Shown piece after piece: positions 54,789-64,000 of a stretch of 64,000 nucleotides of DNA. Every line of letters begins with the position of its first letter. The stretch's first letter is position 1. Origin of the DNA: Octopus vulgaris (taxonomy: Eukaryota); NCBI GenBank assembly GCA_951406725.2, contig OX597823.1:82274001-82338000 (forward strand), written 5' to 3'. The notes beneath the pieces were generated by a model that was given only the letters and a program-made list of their open reading frames with translations, was not told the DNA's origin and searched no databases. The translations under genes and the position numbers were made by a program.

Positions 54789-57099
54789 TAACTTGATCCA
54801 AACCGTAGAACCATTAGATTTGAATATCTCCGCTTTAAAACTTCTAGCCGACAGCCGAATTTCTTATGACTGACGTAGTGAGTTCGATTCCAGGACCGGA
54901 CTATGTGTTGTGTTCTTGAGCAAGACACTTTATTTTACTGTTATTCCAGTTCACTCAGCTGTAGAAATGAGTTGTGACATCACTGGTGCGAAACTGTATT
55001 AGTATTTGCTTTTCCGTTGGATAACATCGGTTGCTTGGAGAGGGCAGTCTAGTATGCATGGGCGACTACTGGTCTTCCATAAACAACCTTACCCAGATTG
55101 GAGCAGATCATTCTAGGTCCAATCCCATGGTCATTCATGACCGAAGCGGGTCTTTACCCTTCATCCTTTTACCATATCACGAGCATTTCAGACGCACCCC
55201 AATTACAGCAGCGCATATTTAGGAAAACACATTACAGCTTACGCGTGGTAAGCTTTGCATATAAGCCCCAGAATTGGGAGGAGGTATGAAAAATTGTTTG
55301 CAAAAAGTACTTAAGAGCTTATAATTTTGAGATGTCGATATTTTGACTATGAAAACATACTAATGTTTTTTTTAGTAACAAGAATAGTAGAAGGCAGTAA
55401 TTTAGAGTGAGAAAACGAAATCAATATACTTTTATAAAGCTTCACCGATAGGGGATAGAGTTTAAAACGACTGTATACGTATTGTAGAAAAAAATCAATA
55501 TCTTGACAATTATTTCACCTTTATTGGTTATATATGCTACAAATGTAGACAAGAACTATATTCATTAAAAAGAAGAAACACGAATTAAAGAAAGAAATCA
55601 GAGAAGAGCATGATGGGAAATATATTTAGATTGTATACTTATTAAATGTTGGTCTAGCGAACAAGTAAACCGCTCCTCAGCTGGTCATCAGACCTGCTGA
55701 AAATAGCAGCTAAATCTGTACTATGTTACATCTTACCGTCTTAAAAGAGGAAGGATAGGTAGGGTAATATAATCCTAGATATACAAAAATGATAGAATAG
55801 AGTCGGTTGCAAGCCTCTTGATTATAGGATCATTCAGTCCGATCAAATATGGCTGAAAAGCATCAACAAAGACGTTAATGATAATCGAAACCGGAGTCAT
55901 TAATAAGTGAAGTTGCATAGATTTAGTAACCTTCGATGTGGAAGAAACGAGAAGGTTCTCCACGTGTAACAACCCACAGATAATTGACACATTTCGTTTA
56001 ATTAAGAATTCTTGCCTATAGAATATAACACATCATCTCAACTTATTTCACAAAATCTTTGCCATTGCCCCATTTGAGTTACTTCCCTTAACTCATATTT
56101 CTTGACTACGCAAACTATAAAATTTTCGTAATTTTCTTTCTGTATTTAAGAATCTTACTCAACATAATGCAGACATGGATAGACTAATATACTGAAGAGG
56201 TCTAATGGACAGACACATGTCTATATAATTATTCTTTATTTGCAGACGAAAAATTAGTCTTTCACTCAACATGTATTTTGGCTGATAAATTTTCAATTTC
56301 TTAGAATTATCTGCCCTTTCCTTTTGAGATATACTAATCATTGTTGCTTGGATTTTGTTTTCTCCAGATAAGAGGGAAATTTCAAAGAATTAAAATCGTT
56401 TAACATATGGCCTTCCGCACAACACCTCCTCATCTATTTTTATTTAAATTTATGTCATTAGTCCATTTAGGCTATAACACAGTATTTATAGTAGCGTAGT
56501 GTTGCATTCACAAAGAATTGTCTAGTTGTGATGTCTATGTAGTGAAATGTAGTTGTTTTAGACATATCAGGACCAACTGGAAGTTACAAACCAACGCTAG
56601 AAACGCTATTTGGTCATATGACCAACTGGAGATACCATTCACAAACCACTACTGAATAGCCTAGCATTTTATAAACAACAAATGTTGAGTAATGTAGTTT
56701 TAGATGCTGTACGTAAATGGTCATGAGGCACAGTGATGTAGCTAGATTGTGTGCCCCTATGAGCAGTCCTTCAGTTTGCCCGTACCCTGTGCCCCGGATG
56801 TATATAGGCTGTGATGGAACATTTTAATCATAGAATCACTCAGACCTTGTTGACTTGGTGTTAAACAAGAATAAACGCAACAGATTGGAGTAAAGAAATT
56901 CTTACACGAAAAAGAAATACAGATCTCCTTGGTGATGAATTTTACTTTGAAAATGTTTATTTAGCCATAAATTACTTCACTTAGATGTATCAGCTTGGGG
57001 GATTTACTTACAGCTTGTAAGCAATTATTGTAATTTTCTTGTCAAAATTGTACTTCTTGCCTGTAAAATATTAGATACGTATATACTTACATGCATACA

Positions 57100-57540
<441 letters not shown>

Positions 57541-59369
57541 GTAATCTTACCAAAAGCAGTTCACCGCATTTACATGGAAACCTAATTATTTAGAAATCAG
57601 GATACGCAGTTTAAAATCTTTACGCTCTCTCTTTATCCATCTCTGTTTATCTCACCGTTTCCCTGTCTACTTGTCATCCGCAGTCATATGTAAAGCATAT
57701 TTCATATGATTCTTTTTAAACTCATATATTACGTAGAAAAAAAGCTGAAATATTCCTTCGTTATTGAATTTTATCTAATCGACAGATGCAGGTAAATAAT
57801 GATTTTTAAAGTATGTATAAGGCCTAGCATTTTTGGGAAGTGATATAATCAATTATAGTCACCTCCAGAACTGGAATTGTAGTCTATTTTATTGAGCCAT
57901 AAATATGAAAGAGAGAGGTAACATCGGTGAAGATCTGTAATATATACAATAAGGACTATTGTCCTACACCCTTAAAAGAAAATAATAGCAACTCCGAAAT
58001 TGCGAAAATGTTCTTTAATTACAATTTTATAGTCAACAAAACGTTTCCCTTATTAACTCCGATAATTGCAAATTAAATAAAAGGGCTTTTGCGGGGAAAT
58101 TTAATCTTTGAATATGTATTATTAAATATGTTCACACACGTTGTGCTTCTCCGGAGGCCAGTTAATGTAAGAGAGATAATAATTTTTGTATGACCTTTGG
58201 CGGCGTTAGATGTTTGAAATTTAAAATTGCAGAATAAGGAAGAAAATGCATAGACTATACATACTGAAATTTTTGTCTTTTGGTTTACTCATTACAATGT
58301 ACTTGGACTGTCTCGCTATAGGCTGTCATGTTTAGCGCCATTTCATTCTTACTAAAAATCGCCAGTATGGTATAATTTGAGGCAAATAAATGAAATTAAG
58401 TTAAACATTTTACGAAGCGAGACAATTCTTATAGATGGAAAAGAATTATAAGCAAGTAGACTTTAATGGAATGTGTGTCTTTTTTTCGTTTAAACTTCCT
58501 TTCTTTTTCTTCTTCATAGAGTGTTAGTACTATAGCAATCAGGAGAGGAATTGTAGTTTCACGGCGCCATTTCCCCATTTTTATTATTTGCTTTTTTCAC
58601 AATAAAAGTATTTCAAGAGAAATATGAAAGATTTCGTCACAGCTTACTCTAGTAGCATTGAAAAATCCACATTCTTCGTCTGCAATTCAAAGTAAATATC
58701 TATTCTATATTTCCGTCCTCAGCATCCATTATATTGAAAGCACTGTACAATTTCCAACCCTATTATTATTTACTTTTGATATCAAACTATCACACTATTT
58801 GCTCATATATGCATAATTATCGAAGCTCAAATTCAGAAGAAAGAAAGAAATAATTCACGGGGATGTGTTATCTTCGACTGAATTAGCAATCCAATTTGCT
58901 AATTTTATCTAATAAATAACTGAGCATCCGTTCTACTGGTAATTGTCTGAATGGCATTTCGGTCAGACAGAACCGACCTTTTCCCGGTAAATAAGGCAAT
59001 TTGCTAAATCGGCCAAAGTAAATAATATACAACTGGTCACAAATGTGTAACGTTACAGCTTCAAGGCCGCCGAATATATGTGCTATTTTAAGACTGACAC
59101 AAACAATATTTTGTCAACTGGCATAACATCTTCGCTGCCTTCCATTACCGTCCTATGGTAATCTTTGTTAAAAACCTATATTTTGGATTAATAATGTATT
59201 TTTAATGTTTTATTACTTTTTTTTGTCGTTTTATACCAGGAAATACTACATTGAAAAGCACAAATGTAAAATGAGACTAGCTGTTATTTCGAAAATTTAG
59301 AGCAGAACCCCCCCCCCCCAAAAAAAAACAACAGAAGCAAGAGAACTTTAAAGAGGGAAAACCAGCGCT

Positions 59370-59402
<33 letters not shown>

Positions 59403-59753
59403 GTCGTCGTCGTCATTATCCTTGACATCTATGTCGCCATCATCATCACCGACCTCCCCACCATCTCCTTCTTACCCATCCTGCACCACCACCCACGCTC
59501 CCTTCTTATTTCGTCTCCTTATTATCATTATCGTCGTCATCGTCATCATCATCATCAGCAGCAGCGGCAGCGGCAGTAGCAGCGGTATCAAGAACCTGAA
59601 AAACAAAAACAATATTACTCCACCCTCGAAACAAGATATAAGTCAATGTATTGTAATGGTAGCATTTAAACAAACTTACGGAAATAGTTTCAAACAATAG
59701 GACGTTAACTGGAAAGACGCATATATGTATGTCTGTATGTCTGTATGTATGTA

Positions 59754-59792
<39 letters not shown>

Positions 59793-60130
59793 GTATGTAT
59801 GTGTGTGTGTATGTATGTGTATGTGTGTGTGTGTATGTGTGTATGTATGTATGTATGTGTGTATGTATGTGTATGTGTGTGTGTATGTATGTATGTATGA
59901 ATGTATGTATGTATGTGATGTATACAGACAAAGCATATACGCGTTCAAAGAGACACCCGAATACATAATATATGCATAGACACAAACACATACACATATA
60001 ATAGTTCGTCCTTATTTACATCCGTCCCACATATGCGTGAATATGAGTTTGGACGTAAAATATTTGGATTGTAAATCTGAATTCCTGACTACAATACACG
60101 CGCATATAACTCCTTCTTAACTACCCACTT

Positions 60131-60184
<54 letters not shown>

Positions 60185-60463
60185 GCATATTTAAGTATAT
60201 TCGCGCGCGCGCGTGTACTTGCTTGTATATAAAGGCGCGTAGTTTGATATTTAGGGTATTAGGCTAACGATTTTCGATACCAGGAGGCGCGTTATGTCCT
60301 CGAGCAAGACATTTTATTTCACGTTGCCTCACTATACATACATATATAACGATGAACGTAAACAAAGAAACGAAGTTTGCTTTAGAAGCGTTGAGATGTC
60401 TTAAAAAGTTAAAGAAGTGATTTTAAATTCTCAAACGCAGGATAATACTTATAATATAGCCTG

Positions 60464-60892
60464 GGATCTTTTCGGTTTGAACGACAGTTTTTAACATAAT
60501 TTCTTGGTAACTAAAGAATTTGAACTTCGTATACTGGTAGAATGTGTTTATAAAACATCTTTTTCTCTTGGCTTTATTGAGAAAATTCTATAGTTTGTAA
60601 GATATTTGTTGTTTTCTTTCAATTTCTGCAATTTCAACCAATCACTGGCGTCTATTGAGGTAAAAAACATTCTGTGCCGTATGAATATGTCCCTCGTTTA
60701 AGAAACAGATTGGGTTTATTTATATTTCTGAAGAAAAAATGATACCCTTCCCCCTAACCCTAACCGTAACCCTAACTATGCCTAACCCTAAAACAGATTG
60801 AAATGCAATAGCTCGATACTAGGGTCATAATTATGGGTGACAATTTCATATGACACCGCTAGCAAAAACTGCCGTTCAAACCGAAAAGATCC
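60464..60892. mobile_element. 429-bp MITE with 29-bp TIRs and 8-bp TSD (Merlin-like)
   Basis: atagcctg|ggatcttttcggtttgaacgacagttttt ... aaaaactgccgttcaaaccgaaaagatcc|atagcctg. GG-starting TIRs with one mismatch. Confidence 0.9.
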
Positions 60893-60939
60893 ATAGCCTG
60901 AATAGGATTAGCTATCCCTATTTTGCAGAAAAAAAGTGT

Positions 60940-61018
60940 TGGTGGCCGGCTATGAGACTCGAACTCATACCTCCGTGATTACGCGTCGCAGTGCTCTGAA
61001 CCATTAAGCTATATTGAG
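60940..61018 (-). pseudogene. tRNA-derived sequence (Thr(CGT)-like pseudogene or SINE head)
   Basis: Minus strand: A box tagcttaatgg, loop cgCGTaa, perfect T arm atgag-ttcgagt-ctcat, terminal cca, then T7. The acceptor stem does not pair. Confidence 0.6.
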
Positions 61019-61683
61019 AAAATGGAGGCAGTCAACATTTTGGATAATCTTTCATTAGCGCATTGGGTTGTTTTCGAACTCGTCAAGACAAAATCAAAAT
61101 CAATATGGTAAAAACCGAACGTTTCATTGTTCATTTATATGAACCAGATGTTTTGTTTTTTCCTTTGTTTAGTAGAGGAGAATATTGTTTTTGTTTTTTG
61201 GAGAGAAAAAAGGAGAGAGAGAGAATGAAAAGCAAAGCGGTGGGAAGGATAGATCGAGAAAGAGGTTTCAGAATAATCAAGAAAGACGAGAAAATTAATA
61301 AGAAAGGACGAAGAAAAGATAGATAGAGAGAGAAGGAGAGAGAGAGGGAGAGGGAGAGGTGGAGGGAGAGGTTTCTTTTCTATTTAGCGTGGTCAATTCA
61401 TTGAAATTTCATTACAAAATATTTTCTTTTTTTCTTTCTCCTTTCCTTATTCATTTTCCATTGTATACCTATTAACATATTTGCAAATAAACACATTTTC
61501 TCACAAGGACTGTTGACCTTTCAAAGGTGTCAATTTTAAGAAGTAGGATAGAAGAAATAAAAAAAAGTGGGAGAAAATATATATAAAAAAATGTGTTCAA
61601 AGACTTATGAAGCGAACGAAATGATTATCCCAAACTCTGACTGTCTCCTTTTTCTCAATATACAATATCTGTACACCACTTTC

Positions 61684-61717
<34 letters not shown>

Positions 61718-61789
61718 CTCTCTCTCTCTGTACCGTTGGCCATTTTTTTTTCCTTTGTCTTCCCTTCTCTGGATCTTTCCTTCTCCTAT

Positions 61790-61824
61790 GTTTCCGACGA
61801 AGAGATCCGCCCGAAACGTTAAAC
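61790..61824 (+). ncRNA. Degenerate minimal hammerhead in a Penelope pLTR-like repeat (~61730-61930)
   Basis: gttt CCGACGA a gagatccgccc GAAAC GTT aaac. 4-bp stem I, ACGT palindromic stem III, U4>C, damaged stem II. Confidence 0.55.
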
Positions 61825-61923
61825 CCTCCTTCTTTCCTTCTTTCCTGAGCGTCCAATAATACTATATTTGTTCCACGTCCTCGCGCTGTTGTGTTTTTTT
61901 TTTGTGCTTTCTTGTTTGGATTA

Positions 61924-61976
<53 letters not shown>

Positions 61977-63197
61977 AGAGAGAATGAGAGAGAGGATGTT
62001 TTGTGTTCAAATTCCACCGAGGTCGACTTCGCTTTTTATGCTTTCGTGTCGATAAAATATGTACCAGTTCAGTTGAGTACTGGGGGCGATGTAACCGACT
62101 TACCCCTTCTCCGAAATTGCTAGTCTAGTGCCAGAATTTAAACCCAATATTAAATAATCTGATTGACATTCATGTAGGATATTGCTTTCTGGTAAAGATA
62201 TGTTTGCAATGACTATTACATGCAGCAAAAATTCCTTTAGTACGTTTCCGTATCTATTTATCCGCTCAATGCGACTCTTTATCGAATTTCACAAACTCAC
62301 TCTCACCACAATCACGTCAAATGGTATATACAACATAATTTTGCCGAAAAGTAATTGTCTCTTGCATTTAATATTAATCATTCTAAATCTCTTTTATTAA
62401 CATCCGATACAATTGGGAGAGTTAATAACCAAGCTTTGCTCCGTTACTTAGGAATGTAATTAAAATCTTTCGTGAATCGAATCTTTAGTAATACCGATGT
62501 CGTATTAGATGCTTTGTAATAACTTCATAATAATTTTGTAATCACTCTGCTTAACACTACGTTACATTCGTTCATTAATGGTTATATTCCGTAGGAAAAT
62601 AATTTCACTTTTGACCTGGAAACAATCTACTTGCGATATGGTAACTATTTTCATGGAAAGCTAAACACAAAGAAATATTGAAATGACTTACTTTCTACGA
62701 TGCTAAGTTATTATGTTAACTAAGCATTTTAAAAATGATGTTGAATGGAATAAAACCGAAGTTAGGTGGTTACGAAGCGAATTTCTTAGCTATAAAACGA
62801 TTACTAAGAAAAATATTGTACGATGATGAGAAAAATAAAAAAAGAATCAAACATGCCTTTCTTTTTTGTTATAAATTATTAACTATTATCTCTTTATAAG
62901 CGACTTCCTAGAATGTTGAATTTATGTCTTTCATGTTCTGCCGTGCTGAGGATTCAGATCAAATGGTGCTATGCATAGCCATCAATGACTAAACCAATTA
63001 AGAACTGTATATGATGTGGAGGAGAAAAAATAAAAGTAAAATGTGTATGCTCTTTACGATTTGGTGTAAATTCCTCAACTTAATTTATCGTAACTTAGAA
63101 GAGGTTTTCTTCCCTATAACAGTAAATTCAGTAGGAGCACTCATCACGTGTATCTATCTATCTATCTATCTATCTACCTACCTACCTACCTACCTAC

Positions 63198-63248
<51 letters not shown>

Positions 63249-63782
63249 AAAATACGTATAGAGAAAATTACAACTGCTTGGATTTTTCCTTTTTCTTCTA
63301 TATATGTATGTGTGTGTGTATGTATGTTAATTGCATATGCTAAGTATAATTATAAACAAGTATCTTTCAAAAAATGTTTATATAGTTAAAAGTATTGACA
63401 AATTTTAATTAATAAAATGTACCTAACGTGTGTAATGTTTAGATTAAGATACGAATGATTTAGTAAAAATTAAAACTACACTGTATTTGCTCGATGATAT
63501 GACCAATAATGTAATATTTAGATTTTAAATATAAAGTACGAATATTTTTCAGTAACAAAATAATTTTTGAGTGAATTATATAAACTTTAGACGTTATATA
63601 TTAGTGGAATTGTGCAGTTTTCGTTGAAAAGTAAATATGTATGTTTATATTCGCCGAAGAGGAAATTTTGAAATTATTAACCGTATTAGTCAACGATTTT
63701 GTCTGTCTAAATCTCATCCAATTTTGTATTTAAAAAATTCAGTTATCCTTAATATATATGTAGAATCACCAGCTTGAATATA

Positions 63783-64000
63783 TTTATTGCTTTATCGCCC
63801 ACTGAGGGTTAAACATAGAGAGGACAAACAAGGACAAATAAAATGATTAAGTCGATTACATCGAACCAGTGCGTAACTGGTACTTATACCGAAAGGATAA
63901 AAGGCAAAATTGGCCTCAGCGGAATTTGAACTCAGAACGCAACGGCAGACGAAATACCTATTTCTTTACTACCCACAAGGGGCTAAACACAGAGGAGACA
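63783..64000 (-). mobile_element. SINE family A multimer running off the window end
   Basis: rc consensus with the same gacgaaatacc|tatttctttactacc junction. Confidence 0.85.

Noticed and set aside
59390-59700. Ser/Pro-rich ORF
   Set aside because: Derived from (CAT)n/(CAG)n low-complexity sequence, with no splice or homology support.
60752-60790. True telomere or chromosome-fusion scar
   Set aside because: Short, degenerate and enclosed within a TIR/TSD-bounded MITE.

Overview
AT-rich, repeat-dominated eukaryotic DNA, very probably an octopod cephalopod (Octopus-like). This assignment is inferred from the recurring SINE families and dense (TA)n/(CA)n/(TACA)n/(TATC)n microsatellites. No intact host gene can be supported. 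Nearly all listed ORFs are microsatellite or SINE read-throughs, and only a few weak minus-strand exon candidates hint at a large intron-rich gene. Supported content: (1) three tRNA-related SINE families in many nested or tandem copies; (2) a decayed R4/Dong-type non-LTR 3' end with an (AAT)n tail; (3) a ~2.4 kb Helitron derivative with a broken Pif1 helicase; (4) three fragments of a Tc1-like transposon with DD36E spacing, two of which are complementary halves in opposite orientation sharing a 28-bp overlap (candidate ~4.1 kb inversion); (5) CR1, RTE, mariner and Tigger remnants; (6) MITEs, one Merlin-like with an 8-bp TSD and internal telomere-like repeats and one piggyBac-like; (7) three long fold-backs. 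The most notable signal is a set of minimal type I hammerhead ribozyme motifs in several unrelated short repeats. One is a ~310-bp element with a 19-bp TSD that fuses a tRNA-derived Pol III head to a hammerhead, a candidate Penelope-mobilised ribozyme SINE.
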